Assembly: GCA_016712275.1 (NCBI GenBank)
Contig: JADJRI010000009.1
Location: 113,772-177,771, forward strand
Direction of reading: 5' to 3'
Origin: Planctomycetota bacterium
Lineage (GTDB): Bacteria; Planctomycetota; Phycisphaerae; UBA1845; UTPLA1
Length of the DNA: 64,000 bases
The notes below the pieces were generated by a model. It did no database searches. It was not told the origin of the DNA and was given only the letters and a program-made list of their open reading frames with translations. Made by a program: the position numbers and the translations under genes. Positions 42,856 to 52,087 of the stretch are shown in pieces. Position 1 is the stretch's first letter. Every line of letters begins with the position of its first letter.

Positions 42856-43001
42856 GTCCGCCAAATGCCGGAGGGAGCCACTTGGCGAGACGGAGGCTTC
42901 GTGGCGCCGAGTTGCGGGCGTCTGGTGAAGTAGATGCCTACACTCTGGCACTGCGCCACTTCGCGCTAGCTGATCGCTTCTCCTGCTCCTTCGTCGACAG
43001 C

Positions 43002-44810
43002 TTACCCTGCCCTTTCCATATACATTTGATGCAATAATACGAGCGTCCAGAGGTTCTCGAATTCCAGACGGCTCATGTGCGGGAGGCGGCGTTCGAGAGC
43101 TGCTCGATCGACCAGTTCGCCGAAGCCGTCGTCGCTCGCGAATTTCGCGTCGATGACTGCCTTGCAATCGGTCGGCATGGCGAATGGCGGGCGGCGTCCC
43201 TTGATCATTCGGCGAATAGTTTCGGTCATCGGGACTGGAAGGCTCATCGCCAGGCGCTTCAGCCGGTACTTGAGCGAGCGGATCGGGCTCGACATCGGCA
43301 CGCCAAGTCCGGCCTCCACGACGGCGGCAGCCTGGGGCGACACCTTCCTTAGAAAGGCGACGTACAGCGCGTCGCGCGATTTGACGGCGTCGGGAACGCG
43401 CATCGTCCGCTCGAAGATGGAGAAGTAATTGAAGGGCGAAGTCTGCCAGAGGAAGAATCGCGCGCGGTCTTCGCCGGGGAAAAGCCAGTTCATGCCGCGA
43501 TCGTAGCGGCGGAAGTGGACGGCCTTTTGTGCGACGGATTTTTCGGGATAAGAGTTGAGGCGATCGCGAAGCGATGATTCGAGCGCGCCCGGCGGGAGTC
43601 GCATGATGGATTCGGCTTCGCGGACGGGCGTCGCTTTGTTGTGGGGACGCAGAAGGCCTGCAACATATTGATCGATCGTGAGCGATTCCGCAGGGCGAAG
43701 GTCTGGGAAGATGAAGTCGCCGCCGTCGCCGGTGATGTAGATCGCGTCGTCGCCCCAGTCGGAGACGAGCTGTTCGAGAAAGAGGAGCAGCGACCCGTGG
43801 GCGATGGAGTTCGTGCCGGAGAGCGCCCGCAGCAGGAATTGCTCCGCGTCCGGCGACGGCTGGCCGAGGCGGTAGAGCCGCCACGGGATGTTGAGCGCGG
43901 CCGCCAGGGATTCGGCTGCCACGGCATCGGCACTGGCGACGCCGTGGGCATCGAGGTATGTGGCGGCGACGCATGGGATTTTTTCCCGCGCGAAGAGGCC
44001 GGCGACGACGCGCGAATCCTTGCCGCCGCTGAGGCTGAGGATGCGCTTGCCGGGCAGCGCCGGAAGAAGCGAGCGGGCGGCAGTGTTCGGCCCAGAGGCC
44101 CGCGGAGTTCGTCGGCATAGGCGTCGGCGGATGTGCCGGGGGCGTCTTTCTCGTCGAAGTTGGATGGAGTACGTGGTGTGGAGGGCGGCTTTGACCCGGC
44201 TTCCATCGAGCCGGACATCGAACACCGCGCCGCCCGGGGCGTGGTCGATGCCTTCCCAGAAGGTTCGTGCGCCGATGAGATGGCGGAAGACGAGCGCCTG
44301 CGCCCAGGCGAGGCGGTCGAACTGCCTTGCGGCCGAGAGGCGGACGACGACATCGCATTCGCGCGAGATGATGACGCCGGCGTCGCTGCGGTGCCAATAG
44401 AGTGGCAGTCTGGTGAAGGGGTCGGCGAAGACGATGGCGCGCCTCGCCGTGGGGTCGAGCATGGCGACGACATACTCGCCTTCGTTCGCGCGCGTCCAGG
44501 CGGCCAGCCGATCGCGGGGGAGCGTATCGCCCGCGAAGAGGGCATCGGCCAACGCGCGGAGGTCGTCGAGGACGGCGGCGACATCGTCGCGATAGATGCG
44601 GCCTTCGAGGGTGATGGTTCGCGCGCCGGCGGTGATGGTCTGCACGGGGTAGGTTGGCCGACCGGTGTGGCCGACGAAGAGGCCTTCGGCGGTATGGACG
44701 ATCGAGGTTTGATCGCGCGGTGAGAATTTCCGGGCATCGAGGGCGGCGCGGAAGCGGACGGCCGCTTGGGGTGCGTCTGACGGCGTGATCCAGAGCGAAA
44801 GTCCGGGCAT
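43002..44810 (-). CDS. Asparagine synthetase (AsnB)-family amidotransferase
   Basis: A 602-aa ORF with the PP-loop (ILSLSGGKDSRVVAGL) and AsnB C-terminal domain features. The N-terminal glutaminase domain lacks an obvious Cys-1. An Arg-rich linker (RRERRPRHIRRRLCRRTPRAS) may hide a compensated double frameshift. Confidence 0.65.
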   Translation of the reverse strand: MPGLSLWITPSDAPQAAVRFRAALDARKFSPRDQTSIVHTAEGLFVGHTGRPTYPVQTITAGARTITLEGRIYRDDVAAVLDDLRALADALFAGDTLPRDRLAAWTRANEGEYVVAMLDPTARRAIVFADPFTRLPLYWHRSDAGVIISRECDVVVRLSAARQFDRLAWAQALVFRHLIGARTFWEGIDHAPGGAVFDVRLDGSRVKAALHTTYSIQLRRERRPRHIRRRLCRRTPRASGPNTAARSLLPALPGKRILSLSGGKDSRVVAGLFAREKIPCVAATYLDAHGVASADAVAAESLAAALNIPWRLYRLGQPSPDAEQFLLRALSGTNSIAHGSLLLFLEQLVSDWGDDAIYITGDGGDFIFPDLRPAESLTIDQYVAGLLRPHNKATPVREAESIMRLPPGALESSLRDRLNSYPEKSVAQKAVHFRRYDRGMNWLFPGEDRARFFLWQTSPFNYFSIFERTMRVPDAVKSRDALYVAFLRKVSPQAAAVVEAGLGVPMSSPIRSLKYRLKRLAMSLPVPMTETIRRMIKGRRPPFAMPTDCKAVIDAKFASDDGFGELVDRAALERRLPHMSRLEFENLWTLVLLHQMYMERAG

Positions 44811-44849
44811 GCGGGTTCGGTTCCTCCGGGTCGATCATCGGCCAGCGCG

Positions 44850-45500
44850 GGGGAAATCAACGGAGGGGAGAAATGAAAAATTGAAAATGAAAAAGGAAAA
44901 AGTGGGGGAGGGTACGAGGGGCCGAGGGGGCAAGGGGCCGAGTGGGGAGCGGGTTGGGGCGGGGAGTTCAGGGGGTTCGGGGGTTTTCGGGACCGTTGAA
45001 ATTAGTTGATTTTTCAGGAGGGGCGGGATGGGGAAGGGGATTTCGGAGGCGGGGTCGGCGCTCCGGGGATGGGGAAAATTCAGGCGGGGGGTGAATGGTG
45101 ACAAGTTCAAGTTTGCATCAAGCTGTTTGTTCCGTGCGCGTTCAAGCATACGAGTGCCTCCGGCATGACAGTGAGGTCATGCGGCGGGCGCGGGCGAATG
45201 TAATGTCGTGCCGGGGATAGAGTTGCTCAGCGATCCGGTGTGCGCGCGAACGCGTTGAAAAGGGGAGGGGGAATGGGGGTTTTCGGGGGCATTCGTGCGG
45301 GGTTAGGGCGAGTTTTTGACGAGGTCAGGGAGTGGTTTTGAGGGCGAACGCGGTTATTGATAGCGAGAAAGCGGGTGCGCTCGATTTGCAGAATGTGCGA
45401 CGAAAGTGGGTTCCGGCGCGCAGATTTCGTTCGGTGGCGAAATAGCATCGCCGGGGTTGAAACCGTTGGGGTGGGAATAATCGAGCCCCCAAATGGTTAC
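44850..45500 (+). other. Polypurine / G-run-rich non-coding tract (plus strand), with potential to form G-quadruplex or H-DNA
   Basis: About 650 nt with almost no C in its first ~170 nt and many G4-G6 runs (ggggagaaatgaaaaattgaaaatgaaaaaggaaaaagtgggggagggtacgaggggccgagggggcaaggggccgagtggggagcgggttggggcggggag...). The tract lies between two minus-strand genes. Confidence 0.5.
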
Positions 45501-45522
45501 GCTCTGGGCACCCGCCTCTGAG

Positions 45523-47511
45523 TCAGATCGTGACAAAGCCGATTGCACTTAGATACTCAAACGTGGGATCGTAGAAAGCGTGCTTTCTCGTAGGATCGAC
45601 TGCTTCCCCTTCCGGAATCACGATCACCATCCCTTGGCGGGCTCGGGTCAGCAAGACACGATAGGCATTCTTAAGGTACATTTGGCGCTCTGGCTTCCGA
45701 ATTCGATTCCATCGATCGCCACAGAAGGACCAGTGCTGCCAGCCAGCGTCAGTGTAGCGAAAGTCACCATCCCAAGTGACACACGCCCAGTCAAGTTCGA
45801 GGCCCTGCACCTGAAACTCCGTCGCAACATCTTCCAGATAGTAGGACGACCGCACATCTTCTTTGGCGTTCAGGAACCAGTTGCACGGGTCGATCTTTGT
45901 GCGAACGTCAATCGCGTGAGGCTTCAGCCGTTGGGCCTCAGATGAAACGACGATGCCATATCGCTCGGTGCCACGGGCATGTGTTCTGATCCAGTCCTTA
46001 GCAGCCCGAAGGTCACGCGTTAAGACAATTGGATAATTCGGAGAGACTTGGCTGAGCGTCTGACGTGCGGAATCCGGCTCCAGGTCGAGCAGTTCTTTCA
46101 CCAGCCGTGAGACATTTTCCGCCCCGAAAGCTCCGCATCGAGACCGACAAATGAAGTTCGTCTCTTTTGAAGACGTGCGGTCGCGATTCAATTTTTCGTA
46201 GAACTTCTCCAGCTCCAAATTCGCTGTCTGTGAGGTTTGAGGATAGATAGACCCGCCACTTAGGGAACCGATCGTGGACGGCATTAATCCACTCGCTGAT
46301 CCCTGCCTCACCCCGATTTATCTCCTGGCCGCCACCAACGAGACATACAATAACGGCCCAGTCCAAGTGTCGATCCATACAAGAAACTAGAAACTCGGGC
46401 TCCGAGTATTTGAAGTCGCTACGACCCTTCTTCTGTTGCATGAAGCTCCGGGTCCTTTCGAGCGTCCAAGCCCGTTGCGCTTCGTCAAAGATAGCAACGT
46501 GCTCGATTGGCGCTGACCATCCCTAAGGCATTCATCTCTGAATCTGTGGATGATCTGTATGAACGCTTGAACTTCGCTGTGGACAGTGCCTTTGGTGACC
46601 TTGTTCCCACGCTCCTTTTCGTAGCGAACTTTGTCGCGGGCGAGTGCCTCCCGCAGCACCTTCACCAGGGGATCGTTTCCAGAGAGGAATACGCTGTAGA
46701 GTTCGCTGTCTTTGTTAATGTGCTTCGTCGCGATATTGAGTCCGACGAGGGTCTTTCCAGCGCCTGGAACGCCCGTCACAAAGCAGATAGATTTCTCGCG
46801 GCGGTCTCGCGAGGTGTTGATGATTTCATCAATCGTGCTTGTCGTGAGCTGGAGATTGATCGCGCTGGCGTCGCTGCGGGAAATCTCGGCGACCGAGTGG
46901 CCGTTGTAGAGTGCCATGGCGGCTTCGACGATGGTCGGCGTGGGATGATAGCGTCCATCTTCCCAGACGCGAGTATCGATGGCGCCGCCTTGGGTGAAGT
47001 CGAGCACCTTGCGAATGACATCCGCGAGTGTTTCAGGCGTGCCATGAATTGGCGTAAGTATGTCGTCGTGTGCGCGGATGAGTTCGCCCTGCGCGGGTGC
47101 TCTTCGTGCGCCCGTTGGAATCAAGATCGGGGCGATGGGACGCGTGTGGCTGGTTTCATGAAAGTTCTTCAGGTCTAGTGCGTAGTCCCAGACTTGATCT
47201 GTTGCGTGACTTGTGAACCGTTCTTCGCCGACTTTGAATTCGAGGATGAAGATCACCGGGCCGATGAGTGCGAGTACGTCAATTCGTTTTCCGAGTCGGG
47301 GTATGGAGTACTCGAAATAAACAGAGCCTTGCGCGCGATATGGTTCGAGAATGGGCTTGAGGATTCTGATCTGTTCGAGCCAAGCGGTTGATTGAGTGGA
47401 TTCGAGACTGCTTCCACTGGTTGCGGCGCTGCGGGAGAGTCTCCCGAGGATTTCGTCCTGCGATTGATCCAGGAAGTTGGCGATCGAATCTGAGTAGTAA
47501 GCCCGGTCCAT
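45523..47511 (-). CDS. PD-(D/E)xK nuclease-like N-domain + DUF2075 P-loop NTPase/helicase-like protein, split by two frameshifts
   Basis: The N-terminus has a D...EFK motif ([22 protein letters not shown]). The Walker A is [20 protein letters not shown]. The middle part is in the 46013..46441 ORF ([19 protein letters not shown]), and the C-terminal part in 45523..46311 ends with [21 protein letters not shown] is lower than the genome background. Confidence 0.7.
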
Positions 47512-47828
47512 TCCTGAAATCGCGCTCCGGCAAACGGTTATGTCCTACTTCATTTGAAATAAGTCTGGTATGGTCGATGGAGATTTCTCCGGCCGGCATC
47601 TCGGACGAATCCCAGGATAGGCGAGTGCCCACATCGGTTCGAGCGGCTCACCATCGGCCAGCTGATGATGGCAACCAGGGAACCTTTTCTCCCGGGGAGC
47701 GTAGAGTCGTCGGCGGGGTCGGGCTCGTCGGACGGGGGACCGCCCAAGGTTGCGCCGAGGGATCCGGGCCGGATGGTGTAATGTATTGTTGGGACTGAAG
47801 GGTGGTCTTGCTCTACATGGCACTCGAT

Positions 47829-48240
47829 GGTGACGATTGTTCACCGGCGTGACGCCGGTGCCACAGCGCCGTGGCGGACGCTGCGATTTGGTATATCACA
47901 CGATGTTGGGAGTGCGTGTCGGGCTGGAATCGGGCGTTGGCCTTGCTGGGGAGCATGCCGACGCGAAAGGCCGTCGGCATGGCACACGAGGGTGACGATT
48001 GTTCACCGGCGTGACGCCGGTGCCACAGCGCCGTGGCGGACGCTGCGATTTGGTATGTCACACGATGTTGGGAGTGCGTGTCGGGCTGGAATCGGGCGTT
48101 GGCCTTGCTGGGGAGCATGCCGACGCGGAAGGCCATCGGCATGGCACACGAGGGTGACGATTGTTCACCGGCGGGACGCCGGTGCCACAGCGCCGTGGCG
48201 GACGCTGCTGGACGCCGATGCCCCAGCGCCATGACGGACG
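47829..48240. repeat. Tandem repeat array: 162-bp unit x 2.3 copies (about 98% identical) plus an adjacent diverged partial unit
   Basis: Units start at 47829, 47991 and 48153. Each unit contains four perfect hairpins: catgccgacg-cgaaaggc-cgtcggcatg, ggtga-cgattgt-tcacc, ccggcg-tga-cgccgg and gccac-agcgcc-gtggc. A diverged copy of the 50-nt sub-unit follows at 48200-48250. Confidence 0.85.
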
Positions 48241-48299
48241 GTGTGCTTTGGCATGTCACCCGACAGGTACGACTGTTTGGCGCGGAGGATCGGCTGCGG

Positions 48300-48803
48300 A
48301 TGGACAGGCTGAAGCGACGGCGGACGGTGCTGTGGATTCTCGGGGTGGTGTTGTTGCTGCCGCTCGTGCCGTTGATGTTCATCGGATTGCAAATCGGTCA
48401 GCCGCGTCTTTTTCTCATCATTGCAGGCTGGCTGCTTCTGAATGGGCTGATCGGTTATGTCGGCGGCCGTCGGGGGAGGCTTGCGATTGCCGTGCTCGGT
48501 CCGATGGCGCTGGTCGCAGCGGGACTGATCTACACCAGCCTTACAAATCCCTATGGCGGGCTTCGCAGCGCGCCGCCGGGAACCTATCCAGAGTGGTGGG
48601 GCCTCGCGATCATCATACCCATGGCAACTGTCGCTTTCGGCATTTCATTCGTGATGGCGGCGATGGGCATTCGGATTGTGGAGGAGCGCGGCCGATGCAG
48701 GTCGTGTGATTACCTGTTGAAAGGCCTGGCGGAGCCGAGGTGCCCTGAATGTGGCACTGATTTTGATCCGACGGAGGTTGAAGCGGGCGGGGCCGAGGCG
48801 TGA
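48300..48803 (+). CDS. Four-TM membrane protein with a C-terminal CxxC...CPECG zinc ribbon (paralogous C-terminus to the 27125..28036 gene)
   Basis: Begins at the internal Met (MDRLKRRRTVLWILGVVLLLPLVPLMFIGL...). The C-terminus is RGRCRSCDYLLKGLAEPRCPECGTDF. The upstream part of the listed ORF lies inside the tandem repeat, so it is unlikely to be coding. Confidence 0.55.
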   Translation: MDRLKRRRTVLWILGVVLLLPLVPLMFIGLQIGQPRLFLIIAGWLLLNGLIGYVGGRRGRLAIAVLGPMALVAAGLIYTSLTNPYGGLRSAPPGTYPEWWGLAIIIPMATVAFGISFVMAAMGIRIVEERGRCRSCDYLLKGLAEPRCPECGTDFDPTEVEAGGAEA

Positions 48804-49067
48804 TTTCGGGGCGGCGTGTGGAGGGGTGGGCCTGAGGTGGCGATCAGGGTTGATTGAGGGGTTTGGATTCCGGGTGGTTGGGCGGCCGGGCTCGGCGCAA
48901 GAGTCAGGCGCCCGATCCACGCGTGGACCGGGCGCCCCGTTCACCCCAGCCCGAGATGATCATTTCTCTGGTGGGGCCGCGCCACGGACGATGCCGGGCC
49001 TCTCTCCTTGTTAGTCTGTCTGGGGCCGGTCGCGGTTTTCAGCCGGGGGTTTGCGCGGCGCCCATTC

Positions 49068-49135
49068 GTTCTTTCGCCCCTCCGGGGCTTAGGGTTCTTT
49101 GCTCCTTTACCCACGGCCTACGCCTGAGGTATCCA
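49068..49135. repeat. Degenerate copy of the triple-hairpin dispersed repeat
   Basis: The sequence is gttctttcgcccctccggggcttagggttctttgctcctttacccacggcctacgcctgagg. Hairpin 1 is intact and hairpin 2 is degenerate. Confidence 0.4.
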
Positions 49136-49534
49136 TACATCTTGGCGCTCTGATTCGCGTCGTTACGCGATCATTGACGCGTCGCTTTGCGGCCGCCTTC
49201 CTCCGCCCCATCCGGGGCGGAAAAGCCTGCGGCGATTTCCCACGGGTTCCGCTTCGCTCCACCCGTGGCCACATTCCAATGTCCCTGCCGGGACTGATGA
49301 CGAGCGACATTGCGGGATGAGGGGCTTCTCGACGCCGATAAAGTTGAACTGCCGCTTCAATGGACTCGGACGAGTTCGCCTTCCATCCGCGACAGGAAGC
49401 GACGCGACTTGTGCAGCTACGTCAGACTTACTCCGCGGGTCAATGTCTTTCGACGCTGCCGCGGCTGTGGCACTTCTCCGGCATCGTCGGCCCGGGCGCG
49501 GCGACGTTTCCGCCGCCGCGCCGTGGGCCTTCGA

Positions 49535-50674
49535 CTACACAGCACTGTTTGACGCCGCGTTCTGGCCGATCAGGCTGCGCACCTGATTTGACAGATCGCC
49601 CTGTCCGAAGACGAACGTCGCCTTCGCGCCTGACAGGATCTCCTGCAACAGTTCAAGCTCCCTGAGCCGTGCGAGGGTCGGGTTTTCGGCGAGCAGTTTG
49701 GCGGTGTTCGCCTGGCTGCGCGCCGCGGCCGTCTCCTCGCGCCGGCGGATCAGGTTCGCCTCGGCCTGCTTCTCCGCGGCGATGACCTGGTTCAGGATCG
49801 TCTTCATGTCGCCCGGCAGGATGATGTCGCGCAGACCCACCGACACGACGTTGACACCAAACTCCGACGCCCGCTTCGCGAGGGCCTCTCGGACTTCGCC
49901 GCCGATCGACTCCTTGTCGCGGAGCAGTTCGTCGAGCGGCCGCACGCCGACCGCCGCGCGCAGGGCGAGCTGCGCCTCGCGGTAGAGCGTCTGGCTATAG
50001 TTGTCGACATTCATGACAGCGGCCACGGGATCGATGACCCGGTAGGTGACGACGAGATTCACGCGGAGCGTGACCTTGTCGCGCGTCATGATTTCCTGTC
50101 CCGCGACGTCCGCCACGAGTTCGCGCCGGTCCACGGACTTCCAGGTCACCTTGCCGGCGCCCTTCCAGTAAACGTGGCTTCCCTCGCCGACGGTTTCGAT
50201 GAGCTTGCCGTCGCGGAAGATCATGGCGGTCTCGTGTGCCGCGACTTCGACACCGGTCAGGTGCAGGCTCGTGCCGGCCAGCGCACAGATGGCCTCGATG
50301 CGCGGGTGGTTGAGCTTGAACTCGCCGATGTCGTGCGTCTCGACCTTCAAGTCGGCCGGCGCACGCCAGAAGGCGTGACGGCCCGGGCCGAGCAGCGCGA
50401 AGAGCTTGTCGTTGCGCCAGACGATGGCGCGCTCCTGGTCGCCGAGTTCGATCAGCATGAGCTGGTCGCGGATCGAATCGTGCTGCACGATGAGATCAAG
50501 CAGCTGGTGTTCGAAGCGCACGCCCAGCGTATTGACAATCTGCACCTCGTCGCGCCGGGCGCTGATGAGGCGGCTCGGGAACCAGTAGGTTCCGGGCATC
50601 AAGAGGCGTGCGAAGTTGCCATGGCGGAAATGCAGGCCGCGCTCATGTTGACGGATACGGACAATCGGGTTCAT
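49535..50674 (-). CDS. SPFH/band-7 (stomatin/HflC-like) domain protein
   Basis: SPFH-like segments are present (VTLRVNLVVTYRVIDPVAAVMNVDNYSQTLYREAQLALRAAVG), followed by a coiled-coil tail. The start was taken at the internal Met (MNPIVRIRQ). Confidence 0.65.
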   Translation of the reverse strand: MNPIVRIRQHERGLHFRHGNFARLLMPGTYWFPSRLISARRDEVQIVNTLGVRFEHQLLDLIVQHDSIRDQLMLIELGDQERAIVWRNDKLFALLGPGRHAFWRAPADLKVETHDIGEFKLNHPRIEAICALAGTSLHLTGVEVAAHETAMIFRDGKLIETVGEGSHVYWKGAGKVTWKSVDRRELVADVAGQEIMTRDKVTLRVNLVVTYRVIDPVAAVMNVDNYSQTLYREAQLALRAAVGVRPLDELLRDKESIGGEVREALAKRASEFGVNVVSVGLRDIILPGDMKTILNQVIAAEKQAEANLIRRREETAAARSQANTAKLLAENPTLARLRELELLQEILSGAKATFVFGQGDLSNQVRSLIGQNAASNSAV

Positions 50675-50738
50675 AACGCACCTCCTTTCAGGGTGCCGGT
50701 GGCTCGACACGAATTTCGCATCGTCGCCCGTGGAAACA

Positions 50739-50832
50739 CTCTTTCGCCCCTGCCGGGGCTGACGACTCTAGTTTGCCATTACCCACGGCTTGCGCCCGTG
50801 GGCTAATCTCTTTCGCCGCTGCCGCGGCTTTT
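50739..50832. repeat. Triple-hairpin dispersed repeat, copy B
   Basis: The sequence is ctctttcGCCCCtgccGGGGCtgacgactctagtttgccattaCCCACGGcttgcgCCGTGGGctaatctctttcGCCGCtgccGCGGCtttt. Confidence 0.7.
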
Positions 50833-51284
50833 CGTATGCCGCTTGCGAGGCTTCTCGTATGCCGCGACTGTGGCATCTGTTCGGAGCTTCCGCTGCCGTC
50901 CGTCGGCCGTACTGACGGCCTTATGTTCATGCCGCGTGGTCGCGGCGGTTGGTTTCAAACTTCCCGCGGAATCGGATTCGAGGAACGATCGAGCCTTTGC
51001 GGCCGGCGGAATCCCGCGCTATGCCCGACGCCTGTCGCACGGATTTGACCGGCGTCTCCGCCTCCCCGCGGCGAGCACCGGTCGAATGCTGTTTGGCGGC
51101 GTCGGGCCGACACTTCGGGATTTCTGAGCCGGCTGTCAGAGTGCCGGCACGCCTCGCCTGTATGAGCGCGGTGCGTGGCGGCTGCTCGATTGTGCGTCAT
51201 CCTCCGATCCCACGGGCCGTGCGATTTCTCGCTCTCTTCGGTGACAGCGAAGTGGGGATTTTTTTGCCCTTCCCCTGAGGGCTC

Positions 51285-51358
51285 TGGTTGTCTGGACGGG
51301 ATTTGAACCCGTATCCCACAGCTTAAGAGGCTGTTGCTCTCCATTGAGCTACCGGACG
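51285..51358 (-). tRNA. tRNA-Lys(CTT) with an encoded CCA end. The acceptor stem has two C-A mismatches.
   Basis: On the minus strand the cloverleaf reads: CGTCCGG (acceptor 5' strand), TA, GCTC-AATGGA-GAGC (D arm), A, ACAGC-CTCTTAA-GCTGT (anticodon arm, with anticodon CTT), GGGAT (variable loop), ACGGG-TTCAAAT-CCCGT (T arm), CCAGACA (acceptor 3' strand), A (discriminator), CCA. The acceptor pairs 1-72 and 5-68 are both C-A. Confidence 0.6.
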
Positions 51359-51621
51359 GGCGAACTGCTACTTTCGACGCCGTTGCCAGAACACGCATCG
51401 GAGAATCGCACACGGACTCATGCGCGCTGGCGGCTGGAGCGTTTCGCCATTCTGTCAGTTCCGGGCGCGGAATCTCCGCATGCACTTGGTCGCCGCCAGC
51501 TTTGATGAGCGAGCGAGGATCAGGCGCGGAGTGTCCGTGCGGCGCGAAGGGGTTAACCACCCCGCGATCGGAACAGGTATTCAGTTTTGCGGAAGACGGC
51601 CCGAGTCACCGAGGGGAAACA

Positions 51622-51660
51622 AAAAAGCCCCGGAGACTCGCATCTCCGGGGCTTTTGAAG
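51622..51660. terminator. Bidirectional intrinsic terminator with no obvious CDS upstream
   Basis: AAAAAA is followed by the hairpin gccccggagactcgcatctccggggc and then TTTT. Confidence 0.55.
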
Positions 51661-52087
51661 CGCACAATCATGGCACTCAATATCCCGGAGAATGGCCGAT
51701 CAGGCCGCTGAAGTCTTTAGATTCTGCTAATATCTGATTCACTTCATTCTCCGAGAAAAACAGGCTTTTCAGAGACAATTCCCCACACAGGGTTCGAGAA
51801 ATATACAGTCGCATTTTCGAAAGTCAATTGAAAAGTTGAGAATGTTCGGCGAAACAAAGCGAAGAGTGTCAATGCGTCGTCTGCCGTGTCGGCGAGCGAT
51901 GGGCGACTGTCGAATTACGCGGCGAATGGTTGCTCAGGCGGACACAGTCGCGTGAAGGGCAGCCTCAATTCTTTATCGAGCGTTTTCCTGGGCTGCGAGC
52001 GGTCGATGGCTTTCGAGGGCGTTCGCTTTTCGGTAACCTGTTACGAAGGATCATCACTGAAGTCTGCAACTGATTGAGGGGTTTGAC

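Noticed and set aside
44785-45149. ORFs inside the polypurine tract (44785..45009 +, Gly/Lys/Glu-rich; 44835..45149 -, Pro-rich)
   Set aside because: They are low-complexity translations of a compositionally extreme tract with no protein-like features.
47827-48234. A 135-aa ORF (and the minus-strand ORF 47813..48382) spanning the tandem array
   Set aside because: The repeat unit is 162 bp, which is divisible by 3, so any open frame is propagated artificially. The translation is Arg/Trp/Cys-rich nonsense. I treated it as a non-coding repeat.
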